DNA of 64,000 nt from Thermodesulfobacteriota bacterium (GTDB lineage Bacteria > Desulfobacterota > Desulfarculia > JACQYL01), in assembly GCA_963675595.2 (NCBI GenBank), contig CAXXLZ010000002.1, forward strand, positions 4,064,001 to 4,128,000, read 5' to 3'. The notes beneath the pieces were generated by a model. It saw nothing but the letters and a program-made list of their open reading frames with translations. It had not been told where the DNA came from and made no database searches. This document shows, one piece after another, positions 8,162 through 17,039 of this stretch. The first letter of the stretch is position 1. Each line of letters opens with the position of its first letter. Made by a program: the position numbers and the translations under genes.

Positions 8162-10372
8162 ATGATCGAGCGACATTTCGACATCTCGTTCGTAGCGGAT
8201 ATCGCTTTGCGTGAGAAACAGATTCAACAGAACTACAGGCCTATTATAGCGGTTCACAAATGGTTCGCTCGAAGACCCGGCACTCTCTTTCGTGCGTTGC
8301 TGCTGTCTGAATTTCTCGGCAAACCCATATCCGAAGTATTCTATGACTCGAATAATCTTGCGGGAATCAGGGTTGCCGATCCTTTCATGGGAGGAGGAAC
8401 GCCCCTTTTTGAAGCCAATCGGGTCGGGTGCGATATCTTTGGAGTAGACATCAACCCTATGTCTTACTGGATAGTGAAACAGGAGATAGAACACCTTGAC
8501 CTTGAGGGGTATGTTGAATCGGCCGAATGCCTGCGTGTGAAGTTGGAAGAGGATATTGGACGTCTTTACCGGACACGCTGCATGATTTGCGGCTCCGAAG
8601 AGGCACATGTTAAGTATTTTTTATGGGTTAAGGAAATTTCCTGTAAAAGGTGCAACCAGCCAATCGATCTGTTTCCCGGTTATTTGTTGGCGACGGATTC
8701 GAGACATCCTAAGAACGTTATGGTGTGTAAGGCTTGCGGTCAATTGAACGAGACGGCCGACAGAAAAAGGCTTGGCACATGCGGATATTGTGGAGTTAAT
8801 TTGAAGCTCGACGGAGCGGCCAAACGCGGCCGTTGTGAATGCACCCAGTGCGGAACCATTAACACCTATCCCGATAAGACCTTGGGTGCGCCACGGCACA
8901 GGCTTTTCGCAATTGAGTATTTCTGCCGTTCCTGCAAGAACAAACATGTGGGAAGGTTCTTCAAAATGCCCGATTCTCAGGACCTGGATCGGGTGAATGT
9001 GGCAGAAGAAAGATGGAGGAGGACCGTTGCCCGCTTCGCTCCTGATGATGAAATACCATCCGGTGACGAGACCAATCGCCTCCACCGATGGGGATACACT
9101 CGCTATCAAGAGATGTTTAATCCGCGACAGCTTCTCGGCTTGGAGGCATCCGCACAATTGATTGTGGGCACCGAAAACGTGCGTGTTCGGAACGCCCTCG
9201 CAACCAACCTTTCGGATCTACTACGCTATCAGAACATGCTTTGTCGTTACGATTCCACTGCTCTGAAGTCGTTGGATATTTTCTCGGTACACGGCTATCC
9301 GGTGGGTCTCATTCAGTGTGAGTCCAATTTGATTGGAATCTTGGACAACACGAAGAGGACGTGCGTCGGCAGCGGGGGGTGGGCCAACATTATTGAGAAG
9401 TTTCGGAAGGCGAAACGGTATTGCGATCATCCTTTCGAAGTCCGTCACCGGGGTCGAAAGAAGGAAACGATACCAATTAAAGGGGAATGGATAGGTGATC
9501 TTCCGAATGGAGAACACGGGGTCGGTAAAAGACGAGTTGAGTTGTTCTGCGGCGATGCCGCCGAAGTGCGGATTTCGCCCGGCTCTGTGGATGCGGTGTT
9601 TACCGACCCTCCGTACTTTGGAAACGTCCAGTATGCGGAATTGATGGATTTCTGCTATGTGTGGCTTCGCCGTCTGGCTAATGGTGAGGAGCTCACGTTC
9701 AGATCGAGATCGACCAGAAGCCCCCAAGAATTAACCGGCAACGTAGACATGGGAAGGGGTCTGGACCACTTCACACAGGGATTGTCGGCTGTTTTTCTGA
9801 AGATGTCGAGCGCTCTCAAGCCCGGTGCGCCATTGGTCTTCACTTACCATCACAATGACCTCGCAGCCTACCACCCGATCGTGGTAGCGATTCTCGATGC
9901 AGGTCTAACTTGCTCCGCCTCGTTGCCTTGCCCGGCGGAAATGGGTGGGTCAATACACATCAATGGGACGGGTTCGTCCATAATCGATACCGTCTTCGTA
10001 TGCAGAATGAGCGGTTCCATACCACGAAGATGGATAGTCGACTCCGTTGAGGGTGTCGCAGACTTGGTTAGAGATGATCTATCCAAGCTTCGAGACGGGA
10101 ATGTCAAACCAACCGTCGGAGATATCAGGTGCATCGCGTTCGGTCACCTGGTTCGGTTAGCCATATGGAATCTTCGCAGGAACTGGAACAAAGACTTGGA
10201 TGTCGGTAAACGCATTGCGGCGGTTTCCCGCCGGCTCATAGAGTTTGGGGGGTGGCGAGAAGTCGAGCAATGCCTATATGAGTCCGAGAATTCCTCTCTT
10301 GATATGCCGTTGTTCGGTGTGCGAGAGAAATCCTACGAATATGGAATAGCTGATGGCGAAGTATCCTTTTGA
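8162..10372 (+). CDS. DUF1156-type amino-DNA methyltransferase with Zn ribbons
   Basis: HKWFARR N-terminal motif, SAM motif DPFMGGG, catalytic TDPPY, six CxxC pairs, FTYHH. Confidence 0.88.
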   Translation: MIERHFDISFVADIALREKQIQQNYRPIIAVHKWFARRPGTLFRALLLSEFLGKPISEVFYDSNNLAGIRVADPFMGGGTPLFEANRVGCDIFGVDINPMSYWIVKQEIEHLDLEGYVESAECLRVKLEEDIGRLYRTRCMICGSEEAHVKYFLWVKEISCKRCNQPIDLFPGYLLATDSRHPKNVMVCKACGQLNETADRKRLGTCGYCGVNLKLDGAAKRGRCECTQCGTINTYPDKTLGAPRHRLFAIEYFCRSCKNKHVGRFFKMPDSQDLDRVNVAEERWRRTVARFAPDDEIPSGDETNRLHRWGYTRYQEMFNPRQLLGLEASAQLIVGTENVRVRNALATNLSDLLRYQNMLCRYDSTALKSLDIFSVHGYPVGLIQCESNLIGILDNTKRTCVGSGGWANIIEKFRKAKRYCDHPFEVRHRGRKKETIPIKGEWIGDLPNGEHGVGKRRVELFCGDAAEVRISPGSVDAVFTDPPYFGNVQYAELMDFCYVWLRRLANGEELTFRSRSTRSPQELTGNVDMGRGLDHFTQGLSAVFLKMSSALKPGAPLVFTYHHNDLAAYHPIVVAILDAGLTCSASLPCPAEMGGSIHINGTGSSIIDTVFVCRMSGSIPRRWIVDSVEGVADLVRDDLSKLRDGNVKPTVGDIRCIAFGHLVRLAIWNLRRNWNKDLDVGKRIAAVSRRLIEFGGWREVEQCLYESENSSLDMPLFGVREKSYEYGIADGEVSF

Positions 10373-11387
10373 AGCGCCTTTTGAGGAAATTATGAGAGAA
10401 CCGGAGCGCTATGTCGATGCCGTGTTTTCCTGCTTGGAGTCTGAATTTCTTGTCATGCCAAAGGGTGTGGGGTTTGTTGAATATCCGGTTTTCGAAAGAG
10501 GATACGAGGCACTGAAAGCTGCGACTGAAGGTTTTTCAAAACTTGGGCCGGACAAGGTGCTTGCGGTTGCTCTGGCGGAACCGATTTCAATTGTGGTATT
10601 ACGTACCATGCTGGGATTCACTCCGCCGGAATGGGGGTATGTGGCTTCTCAGCAGACCGGAATAGGCGTCAGTCAGGGATTTGTCCGGTCTATTGACAGA
10701 AAGGCGAGGATATCTCCGCAAAACCCTCTCAAAGTCAACTCTTCTACCAAGGAGAGGCTCGAGGCCCTTGTGGAGACCGCCTGTCGCTTGTTGTCCGAAA
10801 GTGTGCCTCAAGTCGGCGTAGACAAACTGCATCGGCTTGACAAAGCGGATACCAGGCGGGGCTTGGAGAGCATTAGAAACATCGCCCGGATGGGAGCACC
10901 TTACGCCATGCTGCTTTATGAGCGCTTCTTGGGTAGGCCCTTCGCCGGTCATCGAGATTCAGTGAGTGAATTAATCGGAGACAGCCTCGAAGCGGCCATA
11001 GAAGAAGTGCTCACTCACGCGGAAATTAGCTACCGCAAGACGAAGCGGGCGGAAAAAATAGAGGGGTTCGACCAGACGCCGGATTTCATCATACCGGACG
11101 AATTCAATCCCCAAATCGTTATTGAGGCGAAAGTCACAGAAGATGACGGCACAGCCAGGGACAAAGTGACTCGCATTCAGCATTTGGGAGAATTGAGCCT
11201 TGCCGGGAAGTCGGGCAAACACCCGAAATATGAGGTGGTCGCCTGCATTGGAGGACGAGGTTTCGGTGTTCGCCGTGAAGACATGAAGAAGCTGATCCTG
11301 GCCACGAGAGGCAAGGTGTTCACACCAAAGACTCTGGATCAACTTGTCGAGCATACGCGTTTGAGAGAGTTTCGAACGAGATACTGA
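10353..11387 (+). CDS. Putative restriction endonuclease (PD-(D/E)xK)
   Basis: E...TPDFIIP...VIEAKVTEDDGTARDK; overlaps the MTase by 20 bp; same lower-GC composition. Confidence 0.7.
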   Translation: MAKYPFEAPFEEIMREPERYVDAVFSCLESEFLVMPKGVGFVEYPVFERGYEALKAATEGFSKLGPDKVLAVALAEPISIVVLRTMLGFTPPEWGYVASQQTGIGVSQGFVRSIDRKARISPQNPLKVNSSTKERLEALVETACRLLSESVPQVGVDKLHRLDKADTRRGLESIRNIARMGAPYAMLLYERFLGRPFAGHRDSVSELIGDSLEAAIEEVLTHAEISYRKTKRAEKIEGFDQTPDFIIPDEFNPQIVIEAKVTEDDGTARDKVTRIQHLGELSLAGKSGKHPKYEVVACIGGRGFGVRREDMKKLILATRGKVFTPKTLDQLVEHTRLREFRTRY

Positions 11388-11592
11388 GCCTCCTTGCTGT
11401 TGTTGCTGCAAGCGCAAAGACTTAAACGACGGGCCGGTTTTGCGTCCTCTGATAAGGGCGGTACCTAAAGGACACACTGAGAAGTCTCTTGCCGTGACCT
11501 TGTGAATGCCACGCATCGTAGGCAAGGTCGGCAAGAGTTGGAAGCCGGAGAACCGCGCTCACAAAGCGGACACAGATTGCTCGTTTGACCCT

Positions 11593-11952
11593 TCATGCCG
11601 CCTCCGTGCTTGTGTTCTTGTGCTCCGCAGGCTCGATTTTCAGCGCGTCCGTGGATTTATCGAAAGTTCCAGTGAAAAGGATGAGTTCGGGATACGGGTC
11701 CAAGGACGAATAGCTTTCGATGGCGATTCCTCGGGCGGCGGCGGCAGAGTGGTCGAACACTCTGAAAAAATAGGCGGCCTCCAACCCTTTCACTCGCTTC
11801 GAGGCGACCCTGAGCCTCAGGAGGGCCTGCGGCTCCCTGCCGAACTCATTCATCAGAGCACAAGACACGGCGCACGAAAGGTTTCGAGTCCGCCTCGGCT
11901 CTTCAGGTTTCATTCGGCCTTCTTCCTTTTTCTTCCAGAACTTCCATCCCAT
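11593..11952 (-). CDS. Hypothetical protein
   Basis: GGAG SD before ATG 11952 (MGWKFWKK...); protein-like FRVFD...YSSLDPYPELILFTG. Confidence 0.65.
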   Translation of the reverse strand: MGWKFWKKKEEGRMKPEEPRRTRNLSCAVSCALMNEFGREPQALLRLRVASKRVKGLEAAYFFRVFDHSAAAARGIAIESYSSLDPYPELILFTGTFDKSTDALKIEPAEHKNTSTEAA

Positions 11953-12340
11953 ATGCATGACTCCGATCACCACCCCGAATTCGACTGAGCCGAATTCCGG
12001 AGAGGGTGGAAGAAAGGGTCGATTCACCGCCGAGCATTCGATCGCGCCGAGCGTTCTTCCGAGGCTCGACCGCTTACGAGAACCCCCTCATCATTCGAGG
12101 GCTTATGGGACGCTCGCTTTTCGACTCCCGTTGGGTGCCTGGTAGTCGCCATCTACCCTTTGGATTACCGCGGAGTCCGTTCCGGGTTGCATCGTTTGGA
12201 CGGTCCTCAACCCGATCTCAGCACCTTTGCGAACGAAGCGGTAATGCCTGAGAGCGAGACGAGAAGCCGCTTCAGCAACGTTCGCCGCCAATGATATCGC
12301 CGGGCCCATCCCAAGCGGTAATCATCCTCGGCATCACGTA

Positions 12341-12356
12341 TTCAAGACCTATGCCA
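12341..12356 (-). promoter_or_regulatory. Possible sigma54 promoter (variant -12)
   Basis: Minus strand TGGCAT-AGGTC-TTGAA; GA instead of GC at -12. Confidence 0.35.
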
Positions 12357-12745
12357 CACCCGGATTCCCTCTCATGAGTGCACGAAGGATGGGGAACGCC
12401 GGTTCAGTTCTTCGTAGTGAATTCCGTAAGTTGCTTCAGATTGGATTTCCGGATGCGGCCTCCGTTCGGCCCTTGGGCGCAGAACGAGCGGAACAAACAA
12501 GAACCTTGAGTTCTTGTCTTCTCGACAAATCCGAAGTGACGCTTCCTGAAATGGATATACCTATACAAATTACTGAAATACCAAGATATATTTGCCTCGT
12601 GGGGCGACCCTGTCAAATCTCCCGACCCTAAGAAGGTCCTGTTTGCCGGGTGGTCGGGCATGTACGGACGATCTTAGGGAATCGTGTTTCAGAGTATCGG
12701 AATTGCGAATTCCGGTCGGAAAAGCCGATGGCGCGGTCTTCTTTG

Positions 12746-12793
12746 CAACCTATTAATATTAATGGCTAAGTAGTGATTGGCATAGCGGTTGCT
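12746..12793 (+). promoter_or_regulatory. Sigma54 promoter with upstream IHF-like site
   Basis: TGGCAT-AGCGG-TTGCT at 12778-12793; 12746-12758 matches WATCAANNNNTTR with one mismatch on the minus strand. Confidence 0.75.
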
Positions 12794-12844
12794 CATTCTC
12801 CGCAACGAAGATTCACGGCGAAGAACTGCACGTGGGAGGAGAGG

Positions 12845-13147
12845 ATGGAGGGGGTGGGCGAAACAGGGATGCGAGACCACCTGGTCACGATCACGGGAGT
12901 GGTGATTCCCATCGAGTGGTCCGATGATCATCAGGTATCCGGGGTTGCAGTGGCGGGTTGGGGCGAGACGGATTACCTGATTCGAAACGACGACATGGGC
13001 AAAGAACTTCTCAAGCTGCTGCACGGTCAGGTGCGGGTTATGGGGGAGGTCACCATGGACGAAGAGGGAAGAAACTGGATTTACGTCCGGTCCTTCCAAA
13101 TCGTGCCTTCAAATTCGGTAGTCCACGTGAATGAGGGTCAGCCGTGA
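12845..13147 (+). CDS. Small hypothetical protein (possible OB-fold), first gene of the KamA operon
   Basis: Beta-rich ITGVVIP...V.GVAV...YLI...GKELLKL..QVRVMGEV; start may instead be 12869. Confidence 0.65.
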   Translation: MEGVGETGMRDHLVTITGVVIPIEWSDDHQVSGVAVAGWGETDYLIRNDDMGKELLKLLHGQVRVMGEVTMDEEGRNWIYVRSFQIVPSNSVVHVNEGQP

Positions 13148-13269
13148 AACGGTACTCGAGCGGGCAACTTGCCCGGTAATCTGCAGTCGGATTTCAATAC
13201 TGAAGAAAACCGAGGCGAGAGATACGGAAACTCTTTTTCATTGATCAATATTCCTAAGGAGCAAGCCCA

Positions 13270-14631
13270 ATGGCTGATGATAATACGGCGAAGCGAACGG
13301 AACCTCCTCACGAACCTTCGGAACCTCCCGGGCGATACTTCACAGGGCATTCCTTTGTGGGAGGGTCCGCCCAGACCGCGTGGAACGTCCCGTTCTTGGA
13401 ACGCGGAATTATTGAATCCGTAAACAACCTGCTGCTTCCTCAGAAACCGAGGAAAGTGGTGCCCCACGCACCACGTTTTGCATGCGGGACTGCGACACAA
13501 AGGTTCCGCAAGCGATTTTATCCCGAAGTTTCCGGCTCCGAGTGGAACGATTGGCACTGGCAACTGAGGAACCGGTTGAGGGGCTATAACGCACTATCGA
13601 GAATATTGAAGCTTTCGGAAGATGAAACCCGAGCGCTGCAGAATGTTAACGGCGGTTTTCCGGTTTCGGTAACGCCGTACTATGCGAGCCTGTTGAGTGC
13701 GAATGATCCGCTCCAGCCTTTGAGGCGTTCGGTGATTCCGGTTTGCGCGGAGCAGGTGCGAGGACCCGGAGAAGCGGACGATCCTCTGGGAGAAGACGGG
13801 CACAGTCCGGTACCCGGCCTGGTGCACCGCTATCCGGATCGGGTGCTGTTCCTGGTGACGAGCTTTTGTTCGACGTTCTGTCGTTATTGTACACGTTCAA
13901 GAATCGTGGGAAGGTCGGGGAATTGCAGTTTTTCGTGGAAGCGGCTCGAAGCGGCCATAGAATATATTGAATCCAGAAAAGAGGTGCGGGACGTTCTCTT
14001 ATCCGGAGGAGACCCGCTGACTTTGTCCGATGAGGCCTTGAGTAAGCTTCTGGAACGACTCAGGCGCATTCCGCATGTGGAAATTATCCGCATCGGCACC
14101 AAAGCGCCGGCTGTAATGCCTCAAAGGGTTACCCCGGCTCTGACACGTATGTTGAAGCGTTTTCATCCTTTATGGATGAGCCTTCACTTTACTCACCCTG
14201 CGGAGATCACCCCGGAAACCGCCCAAGCATGCGGGCGTTTGTCGGATGCGGGTATTCCCCTGGGAAGTCAGACCGTGCTGCTCAAGGGAGTGAACGATTC
14301 CGTGGAAGTAATGACGAAATTGGTGCACGGACTGCTGAGAATTCGGGTAAGACCGTACTACTTGTACCAGTGCGATCCTATTTCCGGGTCGAGTCACTTC
14401 CGTACCGGGGTCGAACAGGGGCTCGCCGTTATCAAGGGGCTCAGAGGGCACACCAGCGGTTATGCCGTGCCCCATTATGTCATCGACGCACCGGGCGGCG
14501 GCGGGAAAATTCCCTTGCTCCCGGACTACGTGGAGGGCAGGGACGGCGACGACCTATTGTTGAGGAACTACGAAGGCAAGACTTACCGTTATCCGGATCC
14601 GGAATCGGTTTCCCTTGGAGGAATGAACTGA
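13270..14631 (+). CDS. KamA-family radical-SAM/PLP 2,3-aminomutase (lysine-type residues)
   Basis: HRYPDR, CSTFCRYC, SGGDPL, QTVLLKGVND, PYYLYQCD, DAPGGGGKIP (PLP Lys); SD TAAGGAG. Confidence 0.92.
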   Translation: MADDNTAKRTEPPHEPSEPPGRYFTGHSFVGGSAQTAWNVPFLERGIIESVNNLLLPQKPRKVVPHAPRFACGTATQRFRKRFYPEVSGSEWNDWHWQLRNRLRGYNALSRILKLSEDETRALQNVNGGFPVSVTPYYASLLSANDPLQPLRRSVIPVCAEQVRGPGEADDPLGEDGHSPVPGLVHRYPDRVLFLVTSFCSTFCRYCTRSRIVGRSGNCSFSWKRLEAAIEYIESRKEVRDVLLSGGDPLTLSDEALSKLLERLRRIPHVEIIRIGTKAPAVMPQRVTPALTRMLKRFHPLWMSLHFTHPAEITPETAQACGRLSDAGIPLGSQTVLLKGVNDSVEVMTKLVHGLLRIRVRPYYLYQCDPISGSSHFRTGVEQGLAVIKGLRGHTSGYAVPHYVIDAPGGGGKIPLLPDYVEGRDGDDLLLRNYEGKTYRYPDPESVSLGGMN

Positions 14632-15692
14632 TGAAAGTGGGAATGACTTACAATCTGAGGGACGACTACCTCGCGTTGGGCTACAGCGAGGTGGAAACCG
14701 CGGAGTTCGACAAGGTTTCCACCATTGAAGCCATTGAGAGAGCGCTCCGAGAACTCGGATACGAGACGGACCGCATCGGACACGTCTGGAACCTGGTGAA
14801 AAGGCTGGCGGCGGGAGACCGTTGGGATATGGTTTTCAACATTGCGGAAGGCCTGTGGGGGTTCGGCCGCGAGGCCCAGGTTCCCGCTTTGCTTGACGCG
14901 TATGGAATACCGTATACTTTTTCGGATCCACTGGTTTTGGCTTTGACCCTTCACAAAGGAATGACCAAATCCGTGTTGAGGGACGGAGGCGTTCCCACGC
15001 CGGATTTCGCCGTGGTGGAGGCGGAGAGCGATCTTATAGAACTTGAGACGAAGTTGGCTTATCCTTTGTTTGCCAAACCCGTGGCGGAGGGGACCGGGAA
15101 GGGAATTACCGTGGCTTCCAAGATCGGTTCTCCCGCCGAACTCTCCGTGGTGTGCCGGGAGCTGATGAACCGGTTCAGACAGCCTGTTCTGGTGGAAACG
15201 TATCTGCCGGGTCGTGAATTTACGGTTGGAATTCTGGGAACGGGTGCGCAGGCCAAGGTCGTGGGCGTCATGGAAATCCTTCTGGAGGACAAAGCGGAGC
15301 CTGAAGCCTACACTTATTTTAACAAAGAAAACTACGAAAGCCTGGTCACCTACAAGCTGGTGGACGACGGACAGGCCCGTTCCGCCGCTAGAACAGCCCT
15401 TCAGGCGTATCGAATCCTTGGATGTCGGGACGCCGGTCGGGTGGACTTGCGAGGCGACTGTTTCGACGTACCCAACTTCATGGAAATCAATCCGTTGGCC
15501 GGGTTACATCCCGTGCATTCGGATCTGCCGATACTGTGCAGGAAAGTGGGCAAGGACTACGTCCGCATGATTGCCGAGATTATGGATTCCGCCGTGCAGA
15601 GGCTGGGGGGCGATGCGACTGTTTCCGCCGCTGCGGGGAAAGGTTCGGAGGTTCATTCCCAAGGGGCGACCCCGGAAGCAATCCACGCCTGA
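14631..15692 (+). CDS. D-Ala-D-Ala-ligase-like ATP-grasp amide ligase 1
   Basis: TGATG coupling to kamA; FNIAEG, IPYTFSD, KPVAEGTGKG, GREFTVG, GRVDLR, MEINPLAG. Confidence 0.88.
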   Translation: MKVGMTYNLRDDYLALGYSEVETAEFDKVSTIEAIERALRELGYETDRIGHVWNLVKRLAAGDRWDMVFNIAEGLWGFGREAQVPALLDAYGIPYTFSDPLVLALTLHKGMTKSVLRDGGVPTPDFAVVEAESDLIELETKLAYPLFAKPVAEGTGKGITVASKIGSPAELSVVCRELMNRFRQPVLVETYLPGREFTVGILGTGAQAKVVGVMEILLEDKAEPEAYTYFNKENYESLVTYKLVDDGQARSAARTALQAYRILGCRDAGRVDLRGDCFDVPNFMEINPLAGLHPVHSDLPILCRKVGKDYVRMIAEIMDSAVQRLGGDATVSAAAGKGSEVHSQGATPEAIHA

Positions 15693-15923
15693 CCCGAAAG
15701 ATTGGACAATTCCGGAGAAGCGCATTCGCAAACAAGTCGCCCTCCGGAATTTGCTTATGTGTGCCCGGGTGCTTGGGACAGGGCGTAGAGCCGACGTCGC
15801 GGGCTCTGATCGATTAAGGGCTTTGCCCTTGGGGCGGCACAGCCCTTTGGCCGCCGCAAACAAAACGGGTCCGATGGGTCCCGTTTTCGAGAGGGTTCGA
15901 GGAGAACCCGGATCGGGTGTGAG

Positions 15924-17006
15924 ATGAAAAACGTGGTGGTGCTGCATTCCGCCGTGTCCAAAGATGCGGGCAAGGATGAACAGGACGTCCTGGAGCAGGC
16001 GAAAGCCGTGTCCGAAGCATTGCGGAGATTAGGATACGAGCACTCGATTCAGCCTTTCGACGGCGATGTGGAGCGACTGGAAGAATGCCTGCAGAGGGTT
16101 CGCGCCGGCTTGGTGTTCAACTTGGTGGAAACCGTTGGGGGAAGCGGACGATTCATTCATTGGGCTCCGGCTTGGCTGGAAAGACGGGGAATTCCGCATA
16201 CGGGTTCTTCCGCGGGGGCGCTTTTCGCCACCTCCAACAAGCTTGAAGCGAAGAATCGCATGAAGGCGGCAGGCCTGCCCACCCCCGGCTGGTACGTGAG
16301 AGGCGAGGGCGGCGACGGGAAGGATTGGAGGCCTGGAAGGTTTATCGTCAAATCCGTTTGGGAACATGCTTCCGTGGGATTGGGGACGGACTCCGTGATC
16401 GAAGCTTTGTCGCCGATTCAACTGACGGAGGCCATGGAGCTTCGTGGAGAGTCTTTAGGCGGGGACTGCTTTGCCGAGCGGTATATCGAGGGCCGGGAGT
16501 TCAACCTTTCGATGCTTACGGGATACGACGGTCCGGTGGTGTTGCCCCCTGCGGAGATCCGTTTCGACGATTATCCCGAAGGAAAGGTTCGGATCGTTGA
16601 TTATCGCGCCAAGTGGGAGGAGGGTTCGTTTGAATTCCACCACACGCCTCGAACCTTTGACCTCGAACCTCACGACGCCGCTTTGGTCGAGAAGCTGAAA
16701 ACACTGGCGGTGGCGTGTTGGAGGCTTTTTGGACTCCAAGGGTATGCCCGGGTGGATTTCAGAGTGGACCTGGAAGGGCGCCCCTCGATTCTCGAAGTGA
16801 ACGCAAACCCGTGCATCGCTCCGGACAGCGGATTCGTGGCCGCCGCATCCAGAGCGGGTATTGATTTTGAGGAAGTGGTTCGGCGCGTGCTGGTCGATTT
16901 GGTGGCGGGAACGCCGAAAGATCGGGGGCTTGAGGGGGAAGCGGCGAGCTCGTGGGCCCTTTCCATGCCAAGCGGGAACGGGGAAACGTTTCCGGCGATG
17001 CTCTAA
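15924..17006 (+). CDS. D-Ala-D-Ala-ligase-like ATP-grasp amide ligase 2
   Basis: FNLVET, IPHTGS, KSVWEHASVG, IEGREFN, YARVDFR, LEVNANP. Confidence 0.88.
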   Translation: MKNVVVLHSAVSKDAGKDEQDVLEQAKAVSEALRRLGYEHSIQPFDGDVERLEECLQRVRAGLVFNLVETVGGSGRFIHWAPAWLERRGIPHTGSSAGALFATSNKLEAKNRMKAAGLPTPGWYVRGEGGDGKDWRPGRFIVKSVWEHASVGLGTDSVIEALSPIQLTEAMELRGESLGGDCFAERYIEGREFNLSMLTGYDGPVVLPPAEIRFDDYPEGKVRIVDYRAKWEEGSFEFHHTPRTFDLEPHDAALVEKLKTLAVACWRLFGLQGYARVDFRVDLEGRPSILEVNANPCIAPDSGFVAAASRAGIDFEEVVRRVLVDLVAGTPKDRGLEGEAASSWALSMPSGNGETFPAML

Positions 17007-17039
17007 ACTCGTACCGGCTTACTCTCGGGCGATAACGTT

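Noticed and set aside
14172-14630. N-terminal extension of the 506-aa ORF
   Set aside because: Overlaps kamA out of frame; the ligase-like sequence begins at ATG 14631 with an SD and TGATG coupling.
13270-14631. EpmB or glutamate 2,3-aminomutase assignment
   Set aside because: No efp/epmA context, longer than EpmB, and it has lysine-type Asp residues rather than K/N.
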